The translations under genes were made by a program, and so were the position numbers. 64,000 nt of DNA from an uncultured Poribacteria bacterium (GTDB lineage: Bacteria; Poribacteria; WGA-4E; WGA-3G), in NCBI GenBank assembly GCA_958296135.2, contig CATQHZ020000001.1:160001-224000 (forward strand), written 5' to 3'. A model generated the notes under the pieces. It saw nothing but the letters and a program-made list of their open reading frames with translations, made no database searches and was not told the DNA's origin. This document shows, in pieces, positions 9,019-19,183 of the stretch (its first letter is position 1; every line of letters begins with the position of its first letter).

Positions 9019-12000
9019 TTATTCACTACTGAGGCCATAGAGCGCAGACACCTCCCGCTCCAACGCAGCCTCAAGCCCAGACACATCCGCCGCAAAATCC
9101 GCGTGCTTCGCAGACAGAATCGCATCAACTAACGCAACAACCGGTGCCTGCTGCGCCGGCGAAACATCCGGAATCGGCAGCTGCTTCCAATCATCAGGAT
9201 AGATATGGATATTGCTCCGACGATTCGCCATTAAGAAATCACGCGCAACGCGGGAATTCATCACGCCAAGAAGGAACTTCACGGAAAACCGACGACTCAT
9301 TTCTTCCAATTCTTCGCGACGCGGGAGTTCCGGACGCTGCGGCTTTTCATCACGATAACGAGCCTTCTGTTTTATCGCTCTGTTCCGCACGCCTGCTAAA
9401 TCGTGCCAAAGCGTGAAGGACCAGGCTGATTGATTATGACGGAGGTGCCGGTCATCGTAGGAGACCTTTAATTTTTTCACGCCGGCCGCCATGTCCGCCG
9501 AAATTAATCTCTCCGCGACTTCGTATAATTCGGGGAACGTTGTTGACGTGAACAAGGCAGGCGCACGCTCTGTCCCCCACTCCAGCCATTTATTTGTCGC
9601 AGGGAGCCATCTCGCGAGATGCTTCCCTTCTACAAACGGCTTCGGGTGAGTTTCGTCGTGGACATCTGAAACCAGATCTCGGACACCGAATGCCCCGCGC
9701 GCTTGCTTGTTCGCATGCACTACCATCCCAACCGAAATATAGCAAATGGTGTCAAGCGTCACCGTTGGAACAGTGAATTGTTGAACTTCAGTATCTTCTG
9801 GGAAAAAGAGACGATGGGTGAGGTTCTGTTGCGCATCAGTTGACAATAGGGTAACGTTACCAAATTCAGGAGCGTGCACGCGGCGTTCCGGCTCATGCTC
9901 GCTCCCAGCAGCTCTCTGAAACAGATAGGTGATATTCCGCACAGCGGCATCGAAGATTTGAATATCCCGGAAGAAGTTAAGACAGCATATCCGGCTATTC
10001 TCCCGAAACCACTCCTGCGATTTCAAGGCATACTTCGCGTGGCAATAAGCATCCGAGACGATGAGCGTCGTGAAACCACCGGGCTTGAGTAGTTTGTAAC
10101 TCCGCTCAATGAACGGAATATAGAGGTCCCACTTTCCGAAGAGGGTTTCGTACTGCGCGCTATCCTTAATTGCCTGACGCAGTGCCTGTTGCCCAGGGGC
10201 ATCCGCTCTGACATAAGGCGGATTGCCAATCGTAATATCAAACCCCTCTGAAATCCCAAACATCCATTCCGCATCGAAGAAATCGGCAACAGCGTTTTGG
10301 TTATAGGGCTCCCACGCTGCGAGCTCTTGTGCAGTGCCGCTCGGCAAACCTAAATCGCGCAACAACGCGCTTATCTCCCGACGAAGCCGCGCATCCTGCT
10401 GACGATACCGTTCCTTCGTCTGAGGCGTGCGAGCGGTGAAATGACGACGACGCACCTCTGCTAACTGCCGCTCTTTCTCACTAATTTCAGTACTGCGGAG
10501 AGACAATTGTCCTTCAATGCCGAGCAGCGTATTCGCCGCGACGAACTTCGTCTCCAGATTCGGCAGGGGCCGCACGCCGCGGTTCGCCTTCGTGTCGTCT
10601 AGCCGCTGCTCAACGATGAGCGAGATGAAGAAGCGCAGTTTGGCAATCTGCGTCGCAATCGGCTGGATATCCACGCCGTAGATGCAGTGCTCTATCAGGT
10701 AGAGTTTCCTGCCGTAGTCTAACTCGTTCCGTTCAAATGCCTCATTAATGCTCTCTATCTCGCGTTCAAGTTCACCGATGGTGCTTTCGCGGAAGGTGCT
10801 GTCGTCAATCTGCTCAGCGGCGGCGATAGTGCGGCGCACCCTGTCTATCTGGCGTTGCCGCCACTGCGCATTGCCCGGGTCCAGTTTGCTCAACAGAAAG
10901 ACGAGTTTGTGCAGGATGCCCATCGGGAAGGCACCGGAGCCGCACGCCGGATCGAGGATTTTGAGCGAGTCAATTGCATGAATGAGCTGCGCGGTTTCTG
11001 CTTCGGTGAACCGATGCGGTTCATCGGTATAGGCGAGCAGGTGCAGCAGGGCTGCGTCCAAATCGGTGCGTTCTACCCCCCCCCTCATATCTGTTAAGCC
11101 TTAAGGCACTCTTGAGATACGCCATCAGCGATGCGTCTACCATGTAATTGACGATTTCACGCGGCGTGTAGAAAGAGCCTGTCTGCTTGCGCGCGGTGGT
11201 GCCGGTTTCGGGATTATAGGCGGCAAGGAGGTTCTCGAAGACGCGCCCGAGCAGCTCGGGGTCCAACGCGACTTCCGCCTCAATCGGCGTGTTCTCGGCC
11301 ATCGTGAACTTATAGCGGTTGAGGATGTTGAGGATGCCGCGCACGGTATAGCGTCGGTTTTTTGTGCCGTAGACAGCGTTGAGCTCCACCTCCTGTTCTG
11401 CGGCGAAGAAGAGTTCGTTGGGGACATGGAGAGGGTTTTCCTCCCGGTCTGAAAAACCGTCAACCCGTAAGAGGCGTTTTGGACGTTCCGCATCGGGTTT
11501 GTCAAGGCACTCAAACAGTCCACCGTTGAGGAACGGAATGGACTCAAACAGACGAAGTGCTCCCTCTGCATCCCGGAAATAACGTTTGTATCGGTAGCGC
11601 GACGTGATGTTATAGTGCTGCCGCCCATCGCCGCGAAACTTGCGCCGCGTCGGATGTGCCGGCGTGTTCATCTCCTGATTGAGAGTGGCGAAAAATAGGT
11701 TCTGGAGAATGGCTTGGTAGTAGGTGCTCTCGTGCGGCGGCATCGCGCCCGGAAGGTCGCGCCGACCGGTAAGGAGTTTTTTTATCTCCGTTTCGTCAAA
11801 GAGCGCATCCGGGACGAGCCCTTTCTCCTTCAGAAACCAGACGAAGATGAGACGCGTAATCAGCCGAATGACGCACGTCGCGTTGCGCACGGCGACATCC
11901 TCACCGGCATCCGCGGGAAAGGTGACGTTCTCGACGGCCCAGAAATACCAGTCAGCGAGTTCGCGGAAGAAGCGTTTATTGAGCACCGAACTATCCAACG

Positions 12001-12643
12001 TTTTCTGCCATGCCTGATGCAATTCAAGGAAATTGGTAAAGCCGTGCGCGCGATGCAGTGCGCCGAGGGATAAGTCGGCGAGAATCTCAACGTGCGCACG
12101 ATGCGGGGTGACAACGTCAATATCCTTGATGAGGCTGACTTTTTCAAGGACATCGCGTTCTCCGTCGCGTCGGCTCGGACGGCGGTGGATGATGGCGAAA
12201 GTGAGCGACTGTCCGTGCTGGAAAAGGAGCAGCGCGGGTATAGCGAAGACTTTGTTGACTTCGCGGGTGATGCTGGCAAGCGCGGTGCGGCTGTAAGTGC
12301 TTCCCTTCAATTTCACGGCAAGGAAGAGATAGGAACGGTAGATGGCCGGATCGACCGTGGTGTGCGTTGCGAGCTCGAACCCCGAGGGCATTCCTTCAGT
12401 AATTTCCTTTTCGGTGAGTTGGAAGAGGAAGTCGACGGTGTGCCATTCGGGGAGCAATGCCTTTTCCGGATGGAGTTGCCACCGCGCGAGGAATCCCTCG
12501 GCGGTGTTGGGTTCAATGTGAAGCGTTCGGTTGCTTGCGTAACCTAACACGCGGAAGAGATGACGCGCATTCTCGGCAAAATGCCCGGCGGTGAAGCCGT
12601 GGAGTGCCGCTTTAATCTGTGCTTTGTGGGATATGTCGTTCAT
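9019..12643 (-). pseudogene. Eco57I-like type IIG restriction-modification/N6-adenine MTase, frameshifted at G9 tract (11076-11084)
   Basis: ORFs 11021..12652 (FLNGGLF, LLGRVFENLL, GSFYTPREIV) and 9019..11088 (DPACGSGAF, GNPPY, TaqI_C-like TRD) join if the tract is G8. Confidence 0.85.
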
Positions 12644-13649
12644 AAGTCTCATTTAGGAAAGCCGTGAGTTCCTCGAAGTTATCAAAGATGCGCTCGCATA
12701 AGTTTTCAAAGAAAATGCTCCGCTCGCCGCTGTAAACAGCGTAGACAGGCTTGTTATAGCGAGAGGCGTAGTTCATCTCACTCAGCACGCCGGGCGACAG
12801 TTTGTCGGTGGGGTAGATAACGACGACGAAATCGCTCTGATGGAGGAACTGATAATCGCGTGAGATGGTGCGCGTCTTAATCTGCTCAATGACTTTCTCA
12901 TCAATCGTCGGGAGGCGGCGGTCCAACCCTATCGTAGAAGATTGGCTTTCTCGGACGAGAGCCATGTCCTTGATAGAGAGCGGGTCGAAGACAATAAATT
13001 CCGTTCGTAGTTTTTCGCCGAGGGCACGAATCGCCTCAATCTCCTCCGGTGTCTCTGTCAAAATCGTAATCGGGTAACTGAGATACAGCGTCGGTTTTGA
13101 GGAGAAGAGCAGTTCGTAAAAGTTGTCGAGTGGGTGCTGGCGCGCGACGGTGTAGTGCGGTTTCTGATAAAGATTCGCGAGCTGCTTCGTCAGGAATTCC
13201 TCTTCGTCGAGCCAGACGTTGAGCGTGTCATGTCCGACATTGTTCCATTGCGGATTGTTCGCCATCCGGTTGGCGATGTCGGCGATGTTGTCAACAACGT
13301 TGATGAAAAGATCCGGTGGGAAGCACTCGATGTCCTTAAACGAGATGCCTTCCAGGAGGGTGCCTCTCCAGCGGAAGCAGGCGTGTAGCCCGATGACAGC
13401 GTGTTCGGAGTCGTCGGCGCGGCTGGCGATTTCATAGAAAGCAGCACGGCGCGCGAGAGATAAGACGGCCGGGTCGGAATCAAGCACCTTTTCGGTGAAT
13501 CGGATGCCGGATGCGGCGGCTGCGCGATGCATGAAATCGCCGACGTTAAAGAAGCCGATGTCCGTCTCTTTTTCGAGACAGAGTGCCTCAAAATCGGCGA
13601 TGAGTTCTTTGCGGCCGGCGCAACTGATGCCAGTGCAGATGATGTTCAT
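12612..13649 (-). CDS. P-loop nucleotide-kinase-like domain fused to nucleoside 2-deoxyribosyltransferase-like domain
   Basis: N-terminal IICTGISCAGRK; C-terminal SRDYQFLHQSDFVVV..SPGVLSEMNYA..KPV; start ATG 13649. Confidence 0.6.
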   Translation of the reverse strand: MNIICTGISCAGRKELIADFEALCLEKETDIGFFNVGDFMHRAAAASGIRFTEKVLDSDPAVLSLARRAAFYEIASRADDSEHAVIGLHACFRWRGTLLEGISFKDIECFPPDLFINVVDNIADIANRMANNPQWNNVGHDTLNVWLDEEEFLTKQLANLYQKPHYTVARQHPLDNFYELLFSSKPTLYLSYPITILTETPEEIEAIRALGEKLRTEFIVFDPLSIKDMALVRESQSSTIGLDRRLPTIDEKVIEQIKTRTISRDYQFLHQSDFVVVIYPTDKLSPGVLSEMNYASRYNKPVYAVYSGERSIFFENLCERIFDNFEELTAFLNETYERHIPQSTD

Positions 13650-13665
13650 AGTTTTGTTCCTTCGT

Positions 13666-13772
13666 CCGTAGAGTGCGAGTTCTTGTCCCGCGCGAGTCCG
13701 TTCGTCCGTAGGGCGAGGGAAAACCCGGCGAGCGCGAATCGCCGAGGGTTCCCCTCGCCCTGCCGCCCCTAC
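13666..13772. repeat. REP-like cluster
   Basis: gtagagtgcgag.., gtagggcgaggg..cggcgagcgcgaatcgccg..cctcgccc, ..cccctac. Confidence 0.7.
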
Positions 13773-14554
13773 GAAGATAATTGGGCTAGTGCCTCCTGCT
13801 CTTCTATTTGCCACGGGCGGTGTGCCGGTGTCTCTAATTTTCTCGGCGGGCCACCGAAAACGAGGATGTAGGCACGCCGCACTTGCGCGGTGCTATTCGG
13901 TGCAGAATAGTGCAAAGTCCGACAGTGATGGAACGTGGCACCTCCGGCCGGTAGCGGACACGCGACTGCCGCCGATGTATCCACATCGTCCGTGACTAAG
14001 CCATGGACGAGCGGATCGTTGTCGATATGCCGATGCCACCGCACAGCACCTTTGTGGGACTTCGGAATGAATTGCAGGCAGCCACTCTCCACCGTCGCCG
14101 TGTCAAGCGGCAGCCAGACACTGAGACTGTGCGGCAAGACTTCGGGATTCCAGTACGCTTCGTCTTGGTGCCACGGAGTTTCGTTGCCATAGTGCGCCGG
14201 CTTCAAGATCATGTGCCCGCCACCGTTGACTTTGTCGCTATCAACACTGAGCAGTGCGGCGGCGAGCCGGTGCGCGTTTTGGAAATAGAACGTCTCGCGC
14301 AGTGCCGGGAATTGTGCCTCCGGTCCGAGCACTTGGGGCAGCGTTTCGCGGCCTTTATGTGCACGGGGGCCGGCAAGATCGAAGTAGCGTCCCTCCGCTT
14401 CGCCGGTGCGCTCCGTGAAAAGTTCGTCGTAGATGCCTTTTAGGTACTCTACCTCTTCATCCGTCGTGATGCGCGGGATGCTGAGGTATCCGTTCGCCTG
14501 AAAGAATGCGACTTGTTCGTCTGTTATGTCAACGTGGAAGTTATTAGGTTTCAT
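13769..14554 (-). CDS. Phytanoyl-CoA dioxygenase (PhyH) family 2OG-Fe(II) oxygenase
   Basis: TPWHQD, WLPLD, GCL.FIP.SH, HHCRTLHYS.PN...RRA. Confidence 0.9.
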   Translation of the reverse strand: MKPNNFHVDITDEQVAFFQANGYLSIPRITTDEEVEYLKGIYDELFTERTGEAEGRYFDLAGPRAHKGRETLPQVLGPEAQFPALRETFYFQNAHRLAAALLSVDSDKVNGGGHMILKPAHYGNETPWHQDEAYWNPEVLPHSLSVWLPLDTATVESGCLQFIPKSHKGAVRWHRHIDNDPLVHGLVTDDVDTSAAVACPLPAGGATFHHCRTLHYSAPNSTAQVRRAYILVFGGPPRKLETPAHRPWQIEEQEALAQLSS

Positions 14555-14613
14555 ACATTCACCGAAAAATGTGAATCCACTATTCCGTAGGCGCGCTTTG
14601 TAAGCACGCCCAT

Positions 14614-16389
14614 TCACCGAATTAAAATATCATAAGGTAAAATAGTGAGGACATGCTCGTTTTTGAACAGACTCAGCATCACCGAAATATAATGCCACTG
14701 CGCTTGCATCGCCGGGATAGGGAGATGAGTAGACAGCGAGATTTTCGCGCCCGGTGCTTCTATCATGTTCTCTAGCATCCGTTCAAAGAAGGTTCGCGGT
14801 TTCGGCAGCACGATGAGTTGCGGTTCATCTTCCTCGTCGAAGCCGCCCTGTTGCTTGGCGATGGCGAGTGCCTTCTCCAAGCCGCCGAGCTCATCGACGA
14901 GGCCGAGTGCTTTCGCCTGCTTCCCTGTCCAAACTCTCCCCTGTGCGATGGTGTCGATTTCGGCATAAGACTTGCCTCGGCCTTCTGCCGCTTTGCGAAC
15001 AAAATCTTGGTAGACGGTTTTCATCAACTTCTCGACGCGTTCGCGTTCTGTCGCAGTGAAACCGCCGTAATCGGAGTAAAGCGTGGCGTTCGTGCCGTGC
15101 GCGAGGATTTCCTTCGTCAAACCGACTTTGTTATAGAGCCCTTTCAGGTTGAGTTTGCCGCCGAACACGCCGATGGAACCGGTGAGCGTCCCCGGTTGCG
15201 CAACGATGGTGCCTGCCGCCATGGCGATGTAGTAACCGCCGGAGGCAGCAGTATCGGACATGGAGACGATGACAGGCTTTTCGCGCTGCGTTCGCACCAC
15301 CTCGCGCCAAATCAGATCGGCGGCGAGAGCAGAACCGCCAGGGCTATCCACGCGTAGCACGACTGCATGCACCAGTTTGTCCTCGCGCGCCTTTTGAAAC
15401 GCTGCCCGCAATTCGCCCGGGGTAATCACGGCGGAAGTGGCGAAAATGTCGTCAACGCCTGTCAGAATCGGGCCACTCGCATAGATGAGGGCGAGTTTCG
15501 GTAATTCCGTTTTCGGCTGGGCACGCTGCGAGGAGCTCAGCATTGAGAACAACTGCATAAACCCCGCGAAACCGTTCATATTCGGCACTTTCCGCGCCCG
15601 TTCGCTGTCAGGAGTATAGATTTGGACGGTTTCATCGGTTTTGAGCGCGGCGAGGAATTCGTCGTAATATTGCAGCGCGTCGACGAGGTTCGCCGCGCGC
15701 GCTTCTTCGGCCGTGAAAGGCCCTTGATTTATCAGTGCCGCAACCGTTCCCGGGTCTACTCCGGCGCGCCCTTCCGCCACCATGGCACAGAGCTGTCCGT
15801 AAAGCTCATCAAGGAGTGCTGTCATTGATTCGCGAAAGGAATCAGACATGCTGTCGCGCGTATAGGGTTCGGTGCCGGATTTGTATTTTCCCACCGCGAG
15901 CATATCGGCGTGGACATCCAACTTCTCCAACAATCCTTTGAAGAAGAGGATTTCGGCGCGCAACCCGGTGAGGTTCAGGCTGCCGCTCGGCATCAAGAGG
16001 ATGCGATTCGCCGCCGCGGCGAGAGCGTACTCGGCTGTGCCGCCGCTCTCCAGATAAGCGATAGTATCTTTCCCAGCGGCGCGAAGTTCAAGCAGTTTGT
16101 TTTGAATCTCCTGCAGTTTCGCCCATCCGACGCTGACATCCTTGATTTTCAAGATGATACCTGTCAGTTCGTCATCGCCTCTGAACCCTTCGAGTTTTTT
16201 GAGGAGCCCACGAAGGGTTTGCGTTGACGAATTCCCGAAGACACTGACGATTTTGACATCGGGATAGGAGCCGCTCAGCGTGAGTTCAACGTAGTTCTTC
16301 GCCGCCGGCGGTGTGGCCTCGATGCTCTCTTCGGCGAACACAGGTGAGACGATGAGGAGGAACGCGATAAGTATGTATAACGATTTCAT
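14614..16389 (-). CDS. sppA: Signal peptide peptidase SppA (67-kDa type)
   Basis: GKYKS, RVDSPGGS, AASGGYY, TGSIGV, QGRVWTG motifs. Confidence 0.92.
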   Translation of the reverse strand: MKSLYILIAFLLIVSPVFAEESIEATPPAAKNYVELTLSGSYPDVKIVSVFGNSSTQTLRGLLKKLEGFRGDDELTGIILKIKDVSVGWAKLQEIQNKLLELRAAGKDTIAYLESGGTAEYALAAAANRILLMPSGSLNLTGLRAEILFFKGLLEKLDVHADMLAVGKYKSGTEPYTRDSMSDSFRESMTALLDELYGQLCAMVAEGRAGVDPGTVAALINQGPFTAEEARAANLVDALQYYDEFLAALKTDETVQIYTPDSERARKVPNMNGFAGFMQLFSMLSSSQRAQPKTELPKLALIYASGPILTGVDDIFATSAVITPGELRAAFQKAREDKLVHAVVLRVDSPGGSALAADLIWREVVRTQREKPVIVSMSDTAASGGYYIAMAAGTIVAQPGTLTGSIGVFGGKLNLKGLYNKVGLTKEILAHGTNATLYSDYGGFTATERERVEKLMKTVYQDFVRKAAEGRGKSYAEIDTIAQGRVWTGKQAKALGLVDELGGLEKALAIAKQQGGFDEEDEPQLIVLPKPRTFFERMLENMIEAPGAKISLSTHLPIPAMQAQWHYISVMLSLFKNEHVLTILPYDILIR

Positions 16390-16479
16390 GGGGTTCTCCC
16401 TATTATTTTGATGTATTTATTCTAGCATGAAGGTTGGTTTTGTGTCAAACGTTTTTTAATGATGCATGTTCGGTTCAGT

Positions 16480-17066
16480 TGCGCCGCCTTAGTCCGTATC
16501 GCGTTGGCTTGTCCTCCGCGATGTCGCGTTCATCTGCGCCTCCTTAGTCCGTAGCGCGGGGGCCGTCACGGTCACGCCTACAGCAAACGTGCGTGTGTCG
16601 CCCTGCGTCAACACGGTCACGTCTACAGCAAACGTGCGTGTGTCGCCCCGCGTAAACACGCTACCTTACTTTAACGTTGTCATCTCTGCCGCCTCGCTGC
16701 AGAGATGTCCACTGTCCCCCGCGATGCCGCGTTCAGTTGCGCCGCCTTAGTCCGTAGCGCGGGGGCCGTCACGGTCACGCCTACAGCAAACGTGCGTGTG
16801 TCGCCCTGCGTCAACACGGTCACGTCTACAGCAAACGTGCGTGTGTCGCCCCGCGTAAACACGGTCACGTCTACAGAAAAAGTGCGTGTGTCGCCCCGCG
16901 TAAACACGGTCACGTCTACAGAAAAAGTGCGTGTGTCGCCCCGCGTAAACACGCTACCTTACTTACTTTAACGTTGTCATCTCTGCCGCCTCGCTGCAGA
17001 GATGTCCACTGTCCCCCGCGATGCTCCACGCGCCCAACACGGCGAGGGCCCGTCCCTCGCCCTACG
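16480..17066. repeat. REP-like units containing 45-bp tandem repeats
   Basis: acggtcacgtctacag.aaa.gtgcgtgtgtcgccc.gcgt.aac occurs 2 times (about 16568, 16613) and 4 times (16771, 16816, 16861, 16906). Confidence 0.9.
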
Positions 17067-17084
17067 AGTGCCGGACAAGTTCGT

Positions 17085-19181
17085 CTATTTGCCAATCTGA
17101 TTCGCAATGAGGGTTAAATCTAAGATGTTGACGATACCGTCACCGTTCAGGTCTGGTGAAGTCTCACCGAAGCGAGAAGCGACTTGCTGCAGATCTAAGA
17201 GGTTAACGACTTCATCACCGTTGACATCTGCCAGAATGTGGATGCGATACGGCGCGATGTCCCACAGGATGAGTGTGCCGTCATAACTCGCGCTTATCAG
17301 CGTGGTGCCATCCGGTGAGAAGCCGACGGTAGTGATGGCAGCGGCGGCGGAAAACGAAAGCAGGTTCGTGTGCCCGGTAAACAAGGCGAGCTGTTTGCCG
17401 GTGGATGCTTCCCAGAGTCGGACGGTGTTGTCGTGGCTGCCGCTGGCGAGCAGTGTTCCATCGGGTGAAAAGGCTAACGTGGTGACATCCTGGGCGTGGC
17501 CGCTGGGATAGATGTCGAGCGGCTTCCCAGTCTCTACGTTCCAGAGAAGAATCGCGCCGCGATAGGTGCCGGTGGCGACGATGCCCTGGTCTGGCGAGAA
17601 CGCGATGGGTGTGGGTAATCCACCGGAGACGCTTTGGAGATTTTGAGGTGGTTCCGCTGCTTGTTCGGTATAGGTATCCCACACTTGCAATGAAACAGGC
17701 CACCCCGTCAATGCGTTCTCATGGCCCCATCCACCAGCGAGCAGGCTTCCCGCTGCTGTCCACGTTATGCCTTCAACCAGCTGTTTGTCAAAGGTAGTCT
17801 GCAGTGTGTCTGTGTACGGTGGAAAGCGCGCGTTCCATACCCGAATTGTGTCGTCCTTACTAGCACTAGCGAAGGTGGTTCCATTGGGGGAGAAAGCGAG
17901 AGCAAACACTTCCGCTGTATGTTCAGAAAGTGTTGCGCGTCGGTGTTGCGTCTGCATATCCCACAGGTGCATTGTGCCATCCCCATCTGCGCTGACGAGG
18001 AGTCTGCTATCCGGGGAAAAGGCGACAGCGGTGATGGCGCGCGTATGTCCTTCAAGCGTCGCCATCAGTTCATACGTGTGTGCATCCCACAAATAGAGGC
18101 GGCTGCGAGAACGGCTTCCATCGGCAGCGATAGTTTTTCCATCGGGAGAGATGGCAAACGTGCCGATGCCCTCAGTCCAGCCGGTGAGAGGGGTTTGGCG
18201 TTCGCCGGTGCGCAGATTCCAGAAGTGCAAGGTGCTGTCTTCTGCTGCACTGACGAGGGTTTCTCCATCAGGAGAGAAGGCTATTGCGCGGAGTTCGACT
18301 GCATGGCCGTCAAACGTTGTCTGGAGCGCACCGGTGTGCGCATGCCACAGGTGAATCTTTCCCTCCCAATTTCCACTGGCGAGTGTCGCACCGTCTGGGG
18401 AGAAGGCAATCGTCCGAATACCTATTGTACCTTCTGGCGACATGAAAGTAGATATCGGGCGGCCGGTCTTCACATTCCACAGCCGAATCATGTTTGCATG
18501 GCCTGCACCGGCTAAAGTTTTTCCATCAGGTGAAAAGGCCAACGTATAATTTCGGACCCAGTCTGTCTCAAGTGTTGCCTTCCTTTCACCTGTATATGGA
18601 TTCCACAAATGGATTGCGCCGTCCCACCACTCTCCACTAGCTAAGGTTTGCGCATCCGGTGAAAAGGCTAACGTCCAACTCCCATTCTGATGTTCGGTGA
18701 GGTGGTATTGTTGTCTACCGGTGTGGGCATCCCACACGCGAATGCCCTCAGAATCTCCGCTGGCGAGCGTTGTGCCATCAGGTGAGAACGCGAGGCTATA
18801 CAGCCATTCTTCATGTCCAAAAAGGGTGCTGCGGTGTTGTCCGGTTTTGGCATCCCAAAGCCGCACCGTCCTGTCAACACTCGCGCTGGCAAGCGTGTTG
18901 CTGTCCGGCGAAAACGCTACCTTGCGTACCCACCCGGTATGTCCTGTCAGCAAGGAGATTTCCTCATAAGTGCTTGCATCATAGAGCCAAATCCCGATGG
19001 AACTCGCAACAGCAAACTGCGTGCCATCTGGCGAAAAGGCGATGTCGGTGATAAAGCCTTTGCCGAGGCGGGCAAGCGCGCCTTCGGGCAATGCTGCCTG
19101 GGCGCGCGAAACCCAAATTGAAGCGGAGATGAGGGTGAACAGTAGGAAAGCCATCCGGTTCCTGAGAAGTGGGTATCTCAT
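17085..19181 (-). CDS. Secreted WD40 repeat protein with C-terminal dockerin-like domain
   Basis: Signal peptide, LPEGALARLGKG, about 13 WD repeats, DVNGDEVVNLLDL/DLNGDGIVNILDL. Confidence 0.9.
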   Translation of the reverse strand: MRYPLLRNRMAFLLFTLISASIWVSRAQAALPEGALARLGKGFITDIAFSPDGTQFAVASSIGIWLYDASTYEEISLLTGHTGWVRKVAFSPDSNTLASASVDRTVRLWDAKTGQHRSTLFGHEEWLYSLAFSPDGTTLASGDSEGIRVWDAHTGRQQYHLTEHQNGSWTLAFSPDAQTLASGEWWDGAIHLWNPYTGERKATLETDWVRNYTLAFSPDGKTLAGAGHANMIRLWNVKTGRPISTFMSPEGTIGIRTIAFSPDGATLASGNWEGKIHLWHAHTGALQTTFDGHAVELRAIAFSPDGETLVSAAEDSTLHFWNLRTGERQTPLTGWTEGIGTFAISPDGKTIAADGSRSRSRLYLWDAHTYELMATLEGHTRAITAVAFSPDSRLLVSADGDGTMHLWDMQTQHRRATLSEHTAEVFALAFSPNGTTFASASKDDTIRVWNARFPPYTDTLQTTFDKQLVEGITWTAAGSLLAGGWGHENALTGWPVSLQVWDTYTEQAAEPPQNLQSVSGGLPTPIAFSPDQGIVATGTYRGAILLWNVETGKPLDIYPSGHAQDVTTLAFSPDGTLLASGSHDNTVRLWEASTGKQLALFTGHTNLLSFSAAAAITTVGFSPDGTTLISASYDGTLILWDIAPYRIHILADVNGDEVVNLLDLQQVASRFGETSPDLNGDGIVNILDLTLIANQIGK

Positions 19182-19183
19182 TG

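Noticed and set aside
16568-16950. Possible CRISPR array or repeat protein (ORF 16680..16952)
   Set aside because: Contiguous 45-bp tandem units without spacers; the ORF is a by-product of a length divisible by 3
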